Below are positions 15,001 to 28,274 of a stretch of DNA of 64,000 nucleotides, one piece after another. The DNA is from Eledone cirrhosa. Taxonomy: Eukaryota. Position numbers and translations under genes: made by a program. The DNA is taken from contig OZ024742.1 of the NCBI GenBank assembly GCA_964016885.1, positions 255,006,001-255,070,000 on the forward strand, read 5' to 3'. Under the pieces are notes generated by a model. That model was not told the origin of the DNA and made no database searches. It saw only the letters and a program-made list of their open reading frames with translations. Numbering within the stretch: the stretch's first letter is position 1; the number at the start of each line of letters is the position of its first letter.

Positions 15001-18000
15001 CACTGCTTCTAGTCAAATGGCCGATTCTAAAGAATCAATCACGTGACATAGAGGCTAGTTAGAAGGAATGGGATGGTAAGATGACTGACGCCTACTAACA
15101 CCCCCCAAAAAAATTTAGAAGTGGTTTTGGCAGGTTTGCTCGACAAATCAGTGATTTGGAGATAAATATAGATAATTTAATATATCAACTAACATAGGCG
15201 CACAGATGCACGTCCATGCCAGCAAATACACAGGTTATGTCATAGTACCTAGGTGGTTCAATGCAGGAGGGTGCAGAACAATAATATAAAAGACGTAAAA
15301 TAAGAAAATATTTTTTAAAAAATCTTTAAAAAATTTTTTACTTACTAACTTAAATTTTCACTCCAACTAATTAGTTTCTGCAATGGGATAAAGACAGTTA
15401 CATAATCCAACTGTCGAGAATTCATTGCGTCATCAGGGAGTCTATTCTCAGCTGAGTCTCCAGGCAATGCGCGGACACTGGCGGCTCATATAAAATAATA
15501 ATAATTCGGTAGAAAGAACAGCTGGCGAGGACTGGATTCTATGTACTGAAATTCTCACTGCTTCTAGTCAAATGGCCGATTCTAAAGAATCAATCACGTG
15601 ACATAGAGGCTAGTTAGAAGGAATGGGATGGTAAGATGACTGACGCCTACTAACACCCCAAAAAAAAATTTAGAAGTGGTTTTGGCAGGTTTGCTCGACA
15701 AATCAGTGATTTGGAGATAAATATAGATAATTTAATATATCAACTAACATAGGCGCACAGATGCACGTCCATGCCAGCAAATACACAGGTTATGTCATAG
15801 TACCTAGGTGGTTCAATGCAGGAGGGTGCAGAACAATAATATAAAAGACGTAAAATAAGAAAATATTTTAAAAAAAATTTTAAAAAATTTTTTTACTTAC
15901 TTACTTAAATTTTCACTACAACTAATTAGTTTCTGCAATGGGATAAAGACAGTTACATAATCCAACTGTCGAGAATTCATTGCGTCATCAGGGAGTCTAT
16001 TCTCAGCTGAGTCTCCAGGCAATGCGCGGACACTGGCGGCTCATATAAAAATAATAATAATTCGGTAGAAAGAACAGCTGGCGAGGACTGGATTCTACGT
16101 ACTGAAATTCTCACTGCTTCTAGTCAAATGGCCGATTCTAAAGAATCAATCACGTGACATAGAGGCTAGTTAGAAGGAATGGGATGGTAAGATGACTGAC
16201 GCCTATTAACACCCCAAAAAAAAATTTAGAAGTGGTTTTGGCAGGTTTGCTCGACAAATCAGTGATTTGGAGATAAATATAGATAATTTAATATATCAAC
16301 TAACATATGCGCACAGATGCACGTCCATGCCAGCAAATACACAGGTTATGTCATAGTACCTAGGTGGTTCAATGCAGGAGGGTGCAGAACAATAATATAA
16401 AAGACGTAAAATAAGAAAATATTCTTAAAAAAATTTTTAAAAGATTTTTTACTTACTTACTTAAATTTTCACTCCAACTAATTAGTTTCTGCAATGGGAT
16501 AAAGACAGTTACATAATCCAACTGTCGAGAATTCATTGCGTCATCAGGGAGTCTATTCTCAGCTGAGTCTCCAGGCAATGCGCGGACACTGGCGGCTCAT
16601 ATAAAAATAATAATAATTCGGTAGAAAGAACAGCTGGCGAGGACTGGATTCTATGTACTGAAATTCTCACTGCTTCTAGTCAAATGGCCGATTCTAAAGA
16701 ATCAATCACGTGACATAGAGGCTAGTTAGAAGGAATGGGATGGTAAGATGACTGACGCCTACTAACACCCCAAAAAAAAATTTAGAAGTGGTTTTGGCAG
16801 GTTTGCTCGACAAATCAGTGATTTGGAGATAAATATAGATAATTTAATATATCAACTAACATAGGCGCACAGATGCACGTCCATGCCAGCAAATACACAG
16901 GTTATGTCATAGTACCTAGGTGGTTCAATGCAGGAGGGTGCAGAACAATAATATAAAAGACGTAAAATAAGAAAATATTTTTTAAAGAATTTTTAAAAAC
17001 TTTTTACTTACTTACTTAAATTTTCACTCCAACTAATTAGTTTCTGCAATGGGATAAAGACAGTTACATAATCCAACTGTCGAGAATTCATTGTGTCATC
17101 AGGGAGTCTATTCTCAGCTGAGTCTCCAGGCAATGCGCGGACACTGGCAGCTCATATAAAAATAATAATAATTTGGTAGAAAGAACAGCTGGCGAGGACT
17201 GGATTCTATGTACTGAAATTCTCACTGCTTCTAGTCAAATGGCCGATTCTAAAGAATCAATCACGTGACATAGAGGCTAGTTAGAAGGAATGGGATGGTA
17301 AGATGACTGACGCCTACTAACACCCCAAAAAAAAATTTAGAAGTGGTTTTGGCAGGTTTGCTCGACAAATCAGTGATTTGGAGATAAATATAGATAATTT
17401 AATATATCAACTAACATAGGCGCACAGATGCACGTCCATGCCAGCAAATACACAGGTTATGTCATAGTACCTAGGTGGTTCAATGCAGGAGGGTGCAGAA
17501 CAATAATATAAAAGACGTAAAATAAGAAAATATTTTTAAAAATATTTTAAAAAAATTTTTTACTTACTTACATAAATTTTCACTCCAACTAATTAGTTTC
17601 TGCAATGGGATAAAGACAGTTACATAATCCAACTGTCGAGAATTCATTGCGTCATCAGGGAGTCTATTCTCAGCTGAGTCTCCAGGCAATGCGCGGACAC
17701 TGGCGGCTCATATAAAAATAATAATAATTCGGTAGAAAGAACAGCTGGCGAGGACTGGATTCTATGTACTGAAATTCTCACTGCTTCTAGTCAAATGGCC
17801 GATTCTAAAGAATCAATCACGTGACATAGAGGCTAGTTAGAAGGAATGGGATGGTAAGATGACTGACGCCTACTAACACCCCAAAAAAAATTTAGAAGTG
17901 GTTTTGGCAGGTTTGCTCGACAAATCAGTGATTTGGAGATAAATATAGATAATTTAATATATCAACTAACATAGGCGCACAGATGCACGTCCATGCCAGC

Positions 18001-21000
18001 AAATACACAGGTTATGTCATAGTACCTAGGTGGTTCAATGCAGGAGGGTGCAGAACAATAATATAAAAGACGTAAAATAAGAAAATATTTTTTTAAAAAT
18101 TTTTAAAAATTTTTTTACTTACTTACTTAAATTTTCACTCCAACTAATTAGTTTCTGCAATGGGATAAAGACAGTTACATAATCCAACTGTCGAGAATTC
18201 ATTGCGTCATCAGGGAGTCTATTCTCAGCTGAGTCTCCAGGCAATGCGCGGACACTGGCGGCTCATATAAAAATAATAATAATTCGGTAGAAAGAACAGC
18301 TGGCGAGGACTGGATTCTATGTACTGAAATTCTCACTGCTTCTAGTCAAATGGCCGATTCTAAAGAATCAATCACGTGACATAGAGGCTAGTTAGAAGGA
18401 ATGGGATGGTAAGATGACTGACGCCTACTAACACCCCAAAAAAAAATTTAGAAGTGGTTTTGGCAGGTTTGCTCGACAAATCACTGATTTGGAAATAAAT
18501 ATAGATAATTTAATATATCAACTAACATATGCGCACAGATGCACGTCCATGCCAGCAAATACACAGGTTATGTCATAGTACCTAGGTGGTTCAATGCAGG
18601 AGGGTGCAGAACAATAATATAAAAGACGTAAAATAAGAAAATATTTTTAAAAAAATTTTTAAAAAATTTTTTACTTACTTACTTAAATTTTCACTCCAAC
18701 TAATTAGTTTCTGCAATGGGATAAAGACAGTTACATAATCCAACTGTCGAGAATTCATTGCGTCATCAGGGAGTCTATTCTCAGCTGAGTCTCCAGGCAA
18801 TGCGCGCACACTGGCGGCTCATATAAAAATAATAATAATTCGGTAGAAAGAACAGCTGGCGAGGACTGGATTCTATGTACTGAAATTCTCACTGCTTCTA
18901 GTCAAATGGCCGATTCTAAAGAATCAATCACGTGACATAGAGGCTAGTTAGAAGGAATGGGATGGTAAGATGACTGACGCCTACTAACACCCCAAAAAAA
19001 ATTTAGAAGTGGTTTTGGCAGGTTTGCTCGACAAATCAGTGATTTGGAGATAAATATAGATAATTTAATATATCAACTAACATAGGCGCACAGATGCACG
19101 TCCATGCCAGCAAATACACAGGTTATGTCATAGTACCTAGGTGGTTCAATGCAGGAGGGTGCAGAACAATAATATAAAAGACGTAAAATAAGAAAATATT
19201 TTTTAAAGAATTTTTAAAAACTTTTTACTTACTTACTTAAATTTTCACTCCAACTAGTTAGTTTCTGCAATGGGATAAAGACAGTTACATAATCCAACTG
19301 TCGAGAATTCATTGTGTCATCAGGGAGTCTATTCTCAGCTGAGTCTCCAGGCAATGCGCGGACACTGGCGGCTCATATAAAAATAATAATAATTTGGTAG
19401 AAAGAACAGCTGGCGAGGACTGGATTCTATGTACTGAAATTCTCACTGCTTCTAGTCAAATGGCCGATTCTAAAGAATCAATCACGTGACATAGAGGCTA
19501 GTTAGAAGGAATGGGATGGTAAGATGACTGACGCCTACTAACACCCCAAAAAAAAATTTAGAAGTGGTTTTGGCAGGTTTGCTCGACAAATCAGTGATTT
19601 GGAGATAAATATAGATAATTTAATATATCAACTAACATAGGCGCACAGATGCACGTCCATGCCAGCAAATACACAGGTTATGTCATAGTACCTAGGTGGT
19701 TCAATGCAGGAGGGTGCAGAACAATAATATAAAAGACGTAAAATAAGAAAATATTTTTTAAAATATTTAAAAAAAATTTTTTACTTACTTACTTAAATTT
19801 TCACTCCAACTAATTAGTTTCTGCAATGGGATAAAGACAGTTACATAATCCAACTGTCGAGAATTCATTGCGTCATCAGGGAGTCTATTCTCAGCTGAGT
19901 CTCCAGGCAATGCGCGGACACTGGCGGCTCATATAAAAATAATAATAATTCGGTAGAAAGAACAGCTGGCGAGGACTGGATTCTATGTACTGAAATTCTC
20001 ACTGCTTCTAGTCAAATGGCCGATTCTAAAGAATCAATCACGTGACATAGAGGCTAGTTAGAAGGAATGGGATGGTAAGATGACTGACGCCTACTAACAC
20101 CCCAAAAAAAAATTTAGAAGTGGTTTTGGCAGGTTTGCTCGACAAATCAGTGATTTGGAGATAAATATAGATAATTTAATATATCAACTAACATATGCGC
20201 ACAGATGCACGTCCATGCCAGCAAATACACAGGTTATGTCATAGTACCTAGGTGGTTCAATGCAGGAGGGTGCAGAACAATAATATAAAAGACGTAAAAT
20301 AAGAAAATATTTTTTAAAAAATCTTTAAAAAATTTTTTACTTACTTACTTAAATTTTCACTCCAACTAATTAGTTTCTGCAATGGGATAAAGACAGTTAC
20401 ATAATCCAACTGTCGAGAATTCATTGCGTCATCAGGGAGTCTATTCTCAGCTGAGTCTCCAGGCAATGCGCGGACACTGGCGGCTCATATAAAATAATAA
20501 TAATTCGGTAGAAAGAACAGCTGGCGAGGACAGGATTCTATGTACTGAAATTCTCACTGCTTCTAGTCAAATGGCCGATTCTAAAGAATCAATCACGTGA
20601 CATAGAGGCTAGTTAGAAGGAATGGGATGGTAAGATGACTGACGCCTACTAACACCCCAAAAAAAAATTTAGAAGTGGTTTTGGCAGGTTTGCTCGACAA
20701 ATCAGTGATTTGGAGATAAATATAGATAATTTAATATATCAACTAACATAGGCGCACAGATGCACGTCCATGCCAGCAAATACACAGGTTATGTCATAGT
20801 ACCTAGGTGGTTCAATGCAGGAGGGTGCAGAACAATAATATAAAAGACGTAAAATAAGAAAATATTTTTAAAAAAATTTTTAAAAATTTTTTTACTTACT
20901 TAAATTTTCACTCCAACTAATTAGTTTCTGCAATGGGATAAAGACAGTTACATAATCCAACTGTCGAGAATTCATTGCGTCATCAGGGAGTCTATTCTCA

Positions 21001-24000
21001 GCTGAGTCTCCAGGCAATGCGCGGACACTGGCGGCTCATATAAAAATAATAATAATTCGGTAGAAAGAACAGCTGGCGAGGACTGGATTCTATGTACTGA
21101 AATTCTCACTGCTTCTAGTCAAATGGCCGATTCTAAAGAATCAATCACGTGACATAGAGGCTAGTTAGAAGGAATGGGATGGTAAGATGACTGACACCTA
21201 CTAACACCCCAAAAAAAAATTTAGAAGTGGTTTTGGCAGGTTTGCTCGACAAATCAGTGATTTGGAGATAAATATAGATAATTTAATATATCAACTAACA
21301 TATGCGCACAGATGCACGTCCATGCCAGCAAATACACAGGTTATGTCATAGTACCTAGGTGGTTCAATGCAGGAGGGTGCAGAACAATAATATAAAAGAC
21401 GTAAAATAAGAAAATATTTTTTAAAAAATTTTTTAAAGATTTTTTACTTACTTACTTAAATTTTCACTCCAACTAATTAGTTTCTGCAATGGGATAAAGA
21501 CAGTTACATAATCCAACTGTCGAGAATTCATTGCGTCATCAGGGAGTCTATTCTCAGCTGAGTCTCCAGGCAATGCGCGGACACTGGCGGCTCATATAAA
21601 AATAATAATAATTCGGTAGAAAGAACAGCTGGCGAGGACTGGATTCTATGTACTGAAATTCTCACTGCTTCTAGTCAAATGGCCGATTCTAAAGAATCAA
21701 TCACGTGACATAGAGGCTAGTTAGAAGGAATGGGATGGTAAGATGACTGACGCCTACTAACACCCCAAAAAAAAATTTAGAAGTGGTTTTGGCAGGTTTG
21801 CTCGACAAATCAGTGATTTGGAGATAAATATAGATAATTTAATATATCAACTAACATATGCGCACAGATGCACGTCCATGCCAGCAAATACACAGGTTAT
21901 GTCATAGTACCTAGGTGGTTCAATGCAGGAGGGTGCAGAACAATAATATAAAAGACGTAAAATAAGAAAATATTTTTTAAAAAATCTTTAAAAAATTTTT
22001 TACTTACTTACTTAAATTTTCACTCCAACTAATTAGTTTCTGCAATGGGATAAAGACAGTTACATAATCCAACTGTCGAGAATTCATTGCGTCATCAGGG
22101 AGTCTATTCTCAGCTGAGTCTCCAGGCAATGCGCGGACACTGGCGGCTCATATAAAATAATAATAATTCGGTAGAAAGAACAGCTGGCGAGGACAGGATT
22201 CTATGTACTGAAATTCTCACTGCTTCTAGTCAAATGGCCGATTCTAAAGAATCAATCACGTGACATAGAGGCTAGTTAGAAGGAATGGGATGGTAAGATG
22301 ACTGACGCCTACTAACACCCCAAAAAAAAATTTAGAAGTGGTTTTGTCAGGTTTGCTCGACAAATCAGTGATTTGGAGATAAATATAGATAATTTAATAT
22401 ATCAACTAACATAGGCGCACAGATGCACGTCCATGCCAGCAAATACACAGGTTATGTCATAGTACCTAGGTGGTTCAATGCAGGAGGGTGCAGAACAATA
22501 ATATAAAAGACGTAAAATAAGAAAATATTTTTAAAAAAATTTTTAAAAATTTTTTTACTTACTTAAATTTTCACTCCAACTAATTAGTTTCTGCAATGGG
22601 ATAAAGACAGTTACATAATCCAACTGTCGAGAATTCATTGCGTCATCAGGGAGTCTATTCTCAGCTGAGTCTCCAGGCAATGCGCGGACACTGGCGGCTC
22701 ATATAAAAATAATAATAATTCGGTAGAAAGAACAGCTGGCGAGGACTGGATTCTATGTACTGAAATTCTCACTGCTTCTAGTCAAATGGCCGATTCTAAA
22801 GAATCAATCACGTGACATAGAGGCTAGTTAGAAGGAATGGGATGGTAAGATGACTGACACCTACTAACACCCCAAAAAAAAATTTAGAAGTGGTTTTGGC
22901 AGGTTTGCTCGACAAATCAGTGATTTGGAGATAAATATAGATAATTTAATATATCAACTAACATATGCGCACAGATGCACGTCCATGCCAGCAAATACAC
23001 AGGTTATGTCATAGTACCTAGGTGGTTCAATGCAGGAGGGTGCAGAACAATAATATAAAAGACGTAAAATAAGAAAATATTTTTTAAAAAATTTTTTAAA
23101 GATTTTTTACTTACTTACTTAAATTTTCACTCCAACTAATTAGTTTCTGCAATGGGATAAAGACAGTTACATAATCCAACTGTCGAGAATTCATTGCGTC
23201 ATCAGGGAGTCTATTCTCAGCTGAGTCTCCAGGCAATGCGCGGACACTGGCGGCTCATATAAAAATAATAATAATTCGGTAGAAAGAACAGCTGGCGAGG
23301 ACTGGATTCTATGTACTGAAATTCTCACTGCATCTAGTCAAATGGCCGATTCTAAAGAATCAATCACGTGACATAGAGGCTAGTTAGAAGGAATGGGATG
23401 GTAAGATGACTGACGCCTACTAACACCCCAAAAAAAAATTTAGAAGTGGTTTTGGCAGGTTTGCTCGACAAATCAGTGATTTGGAGATAAATATAGATAA
23501 TTTAATATATCAACTAACATAGGCGCACAGATGCACGTCCATGCCAGCAAATACACAGGTTATGTCATAGTACCTAGGTGGTTCAATGCAGGAGGGTGCA
23601 GAACAATAATATAAAAGACGTAAAATAAGAAAATATTTTTTTAAAAATTTTAAAAAAATTTTTTACTTACTTACTTAAATTTTCACTCCAACTAATTAGT
23701 TTCTGCAATGGGATAAAGACAGTTACATAATCCAACTGTCGAGAATTCATTGCGTCATCAGGGAGTCTATTCTCAGCTGAGTCTCCAGGCAATGCGCGGA
23801 CACTGGCGGATCATATAAAAATAATAATAATTCGGTAGAAAGAACAGCTGGCGAGGACTGGATTCTATGTACTGAAATTCTCACTGCTTCTAGTCAAATG
23901 GCCGATTCTAAAGAATCAATCACGTGACATAGAGGCTAGTTAGAAGGAATGGGATGGTAAGATGACTGACGCCTACTAACACCCCAAAAAAAAATTTAGA

Positions 24001-27000
24001 AGTGGTTTTGGCAGGTTTGCTCGACAAATCAGTGATTTGGAGATAAATATAGATAATTTAATATATCAACTAACATAGGCGCACAGATGCACGTCCATGC
24101 CAGCAAATACACAGGTTATGTCATAGTACCTAGGTGGTTCAATGCAGGAGGGTGCAGAACAATAATATAAAAGACGTAAAATAAGAAAATATTTTTTTTA
24201 AAATTTTTAAACATTTTTTTACTTACTTACTTAAATTTTCAGTCCAACTAATTAGTTTCTGCAATGGGATAAAGACAGTTACATAATCCAACTGTCGAGA
24301 ATTCATTGCGTCATCAGGGAGTCTATTCTCAGCTGAGTCTCCAGGCAATGCGCGGACACTGGCGGCTCATATAAAAATAATAATAATTCGGTAGAAAGAA
24401 CAGCTGGCGAGGACTGGATTCTATGTACTGAAATTCTCACTGCTTCTAGTCAAATGGCCGATTCTAAAGAATCAATCACGTGACATAGAGGCTAGTTAGA
24501 AGGAATGGGATGGTAAGATGACTGACGCCTACTAACACCCCAAAAAAAAATTTAGAAGTGGTTTTGGCAGGTTTGCTCGACAAATCAGTGATTTGGAGAT
24601 AAATATAGATAATTTAATATATCAACTAACATATGCGCACAGATGCACGTCCATGCCAGCAAATACACAGGTTATGTCATAGTACCTAGGTGGTTCAATG
24701 CAGGAGGGTGCAGAACAATAATATAAAAGACGTAAAATAAGAAAATATTTTTTAAAAAATTTTAAAAAAATTTTTTACTTACTTACTTAAATTTTCACTC
24801 CAACTAATTAGTTTCTGCAATGGGATAAAGACAGTTACATAATCCAACTGTCGAGAATTCATTGCGTCATCAGGGAGTCTATTCTCAGCTGAGTCTCCAG
24901 GCAATGCGCGGACACTGGCGGCTCATATAAAAATAGTAATAATTCCGTAGAAAGAACAGCTGGCGAGGACTGGATTCTATGTACTGAAATTCTCACTGCT
25001 TCTAGTCAAATGGCCGATTCTAAAGAATCAATCACGTGACATAGAGGCTAGTTAGAAGGAATGGGATGGTAAGATGACTGACGCCTACTAACACCCCAAC
25101 AAAAATTTAGAAGTGGTTTTGGCAGGTTTGCTCGACAAATCAGTGATTTGGAGATAAATATAGATAATTTAATATATCAACTAACATAGGCGCACAGATG
25201 CACGTCCATGCCAGCAAATACACAGGTTATGTCATAGTACCTAGGTGGTTCAATGCAGGAGGGTGCAGAACAATAATATAAAAGACGTAAAATAAGAAAA
25301 TATTTTTTAAAGAATTTTTAAAAACTTTTTACTTACTTACTTAAATTTTCACTCCAACTAATTAGTTTCTGCAATGGGATAAAGACAGTTACATAATCCA
25401 ACTGTCGAGAATTCATTGTGTCATCAGGGAGTCTATTCTCAGCTGAGTCTCCAGGCAATGCGCGGACACTGGCGGCTCATATAAAAATAATAATAATTCG
25501 GTAGAAAGAACAGCTGGCGAGGACTGGATTCTATGTACTGAAATTCTCACTGCTTCTAGTCAAATGGCCGATTCTAAAGAATCAATCACGTGACATAGAG
25601 GCTAGTTAGAAGGAATGGGATGGTAAGATGACTGACGCCTACTAACACCCCCCAAAAAAATTTAGAAGTGGTTTTGGCAGGTTTGCTCGACAAATCAGTG
25701 ATTTGGAGATAAATATAGATAATTTAATATATCAACTAACATAGGCGCACAGATGCACGTCCATGCCAGCAAATACACAGGTTATGTCATAGTACCTAGG
25801 TGGTTCAATGCAGGAGGGTGCAGAACAATAATATAAAAGACGTAAAATAAGAAAATATTTTTTAAAATATTTTAAAAAAATTTTTTACTTACTTACTTAA
25901 ATTTTCACTCCAAATAATTAGTTTCTGCAATGGGATAAAGACAGTTACATAATCCAACTGTCGAGAATTCATTGCGTCATCAGGGAGTCTATTCTCAGCT
26001 GAGTCTCCAGGCAATGCGCGGACACTGGCGGCTCATATAAAAATAATAATAATTCGGTAGAAAGAACAGCTGGCGAGGACTGGATTCTATGTACTGAAAT
26101 TCTCACTGCTTCTAGTCAAATGGCCGATTCTAAAGAATCAATCACGTGACATAGAGGCTAGTTAGAAGGAATGGGATGGTAAGATGACTGACGCCTACTA
26201 ACACCCCCAAAAAAAATTTAGAAGTGGTTTTGGCAGGTTTGCACGACAAATCAGTGATTTGGAGATAAATATAGATAATTTAATATATCAACTAACATAG
26301 GCGTACAGATGCACGTCCATGCCAGCAAATACACAGGTTATGTCATAGTACCTAGGTGGTTCAATGCAGGAGGGTGCAGAACAATAATATAAAAGACGTA
26401 AAATAAGAAAATATTTTTTGAAAAATTTTTAAAAACTTTTTTACTTACTTACTTAAATTTTCACTCCAACTAATTAGTTTCTGCAATGGGATAAAGACAG
26501 TTACATAATCCAACTGTCGAGAATTCATTGCGTCATCAGGGAGTCTATTCTCAGCTGAGTCTCCAGGCAATGCGCGGACACTGGCGGCTCATATAAAAAT
26601 AATAATAATTTGGTAGAAAGAACAGCTGGCGAGGACTGGATTCTATGTACTGAAATTCTCACTGCTTCTAGTCAAATGGCCGATTCTAAAGAATCAATCA
26701 CGTGACATAGAGGCTAGTTAGAAGGAATGGGATGGTAAGATGACTGACGCCTACTAACACCCCAAAAAAAATTTAGAAGTTGTTTTGGCAAGTTTGCTCG
26801 ACAAATCAGTGATTTGGAGATAAATATAGATAATTTAATATATCAACTAACATAGGCGCACAGATGCACGTCCATGCCAGCAAATACACAGGTTATGTCA
26901 TAGTACCTAGCTGGTTCAATGCAGGAGGGTGCAGAACAATAATATAAAAGACGTAAAATAAGAAAATATTTTTTAAAGAATTTTTAAAAACTTTTTACTT

Positions 27001-28012
27001 ACTTACTTAAATTTTCACTCCAACTAATTAGTTTCTGCAATGGGATAAAGACAGTTACATAATCCAACTGTCGAGAATTCATTGTGTCATCAGGGAGTCT
27101 ATTCTCAGCTGAGTCTCCAGGCAATGCGCGGACACTGGCGGCTCATATAAAAATAATAATAATTTGGTAGAAAGAACAGCTGGCGAGGACTGGATTCTAT
27201 GTACTGAAATTCTCACTGCTTCTAGTCAAATGGCCGATTCTAAAGAATCAATCACGTGACATAGAGGCTAGTTAGAAGGAATGGGATGGTAAGATGACTG
27301 ACGCCTACTAACACCCCCAAAAAAAATTTAGAAGTGGTTTTGGCAGGTTTGCTCGACAAATCAGTGATTTGGAGATAAATATAGATAATTTAATATATCA
27401 ACTAACATAGGCGCACAGATGCACGTCCATGCCAGCAAATACACAGGTTATGTCATAGTACCTAGGTGGTTCAATGCAGGAGGGTGCAGAACAATAATAT
27501 AAAAGACGTAAAGTAAGAAAATATTTTTTTAAAAAATTTGTTAAAAATTTTTTACTTACTTAAATTTTCACTCCAACTAATTAGTTTCTACAATGGGATA
27601 AAGACAGTTACATAACCCAACTGTCGAGAATTCATTGCGTCATCAGGGAGTCTATTCTCAGCTGAGTCTCCAGGCAATGCGCGGACACTGGCGGCTCATA
27701 TATAAATAATAATAATTCGGTAGAAAGAACAGCTGGCGAGGACTGGATTCTATGTACTGAAATTCTCACTGCTTCTAGTCAAATGGCCGATTCTAAAGAA
27801 TCAATCACGTGACATAGAGGCTAGTTAGAAGGAATGGGATGGTAAGATGACTGACGCCTACTAACACCCCAAAAAAAAATTTAGTAGTGGTTTTGGCAGG
27901 TTTGCTCGACAAATCAGTGATTTGGAGATAAATATAGATAATTTAATATATCAACTAACATAGGCGCACATATGCACGTCCATGCCAGCAAATACACAGG
28001 TTATGTCATAGT
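1..28012 (-). repeat. Tandem array of ~556-bp monomers (~50.4 copies, open at the window start), each carrying a hammerhead ribozyme; retrozyme-like satellite
   Basis: CTTCTAGTCAAATGGCCG recurs at 1, 557, 1113, 1668, 2224, 2780, 3336, 3892 and onward. Monomers differ by only a few SNPs and A/T-tract indels. No ORF of 60 aa or more in the ORF track. Confidence 0.98.
355..436 (-). ncRNA. Type I hammerhead ribozyme (monomer 1; repeated every ~556 bp)
   Basis: Minus strand reads ACUCC CUGAUGA C-GCAAUG [AAUUCUC GACAGUU GGAUUAUGU AACUGUC UUUAUCC] CAUUGC-A GAAAC UAAUUA GUU^ GGAGU. Stem I 5 bp, stem II 6+7 bp, stem III within the palindrome AACUAAUUAGUU, cleavage triplet GUU. Confidence 0.85.
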
Positions 28013-28263
28013 CCTCGCCAGCTGTTCTTTCTACCGAATTATTATTATTTTTATATGAGCCGCCAGTGTCCGCGCATTGCCTGGAGACTCAGCTGAGAAT
28101 AGACTCCCTGATGACGCAATGAATTCTCGACAGTTGGATTATGTAACTGTCTTTATCCCATTGCAGAAACTAATTAGTTGGAGTGAAAATTTAAGTAAGT
28201 AAGTAAAAATTTTTTTAAAATTTTTTAAAAAATATTTTCTTATTTTACGTCTTTTATATTATT
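28010..28263 (+). repeat. Inverted partial monomer terminating the array (reverse complement of monomer positions ~275-529)
   Basis: AGTCCTCGCCAGCTG...CTTTTATATTATT is the reverse complement of the monomer. The junction has a 3-bp AGT microhomology at 28010-28012. Confidence 0.95.
28103..28184 (+). ncRNA. Hammerhead ribozyme in the inverted terminal copy
   Basis: ACTCC CTGATGA (28108-28114) CGCAATG...CATTGCA GAAAC (28166-28170) TAATTA GTT GGAGT. Confidence 0.85.
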
Positions 28264-28274
28264 ATTATATATAT

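Noticed and set aside
1-28012. CRISPR array, or a tandem 5S/tRNA/snRNA/histone gene cluster
   Set aside because: Whole monomers are repeated with no unique spacers; I recognised no 5S, tRNA cloverleaf or snRNA sequence, and there is no ORF.
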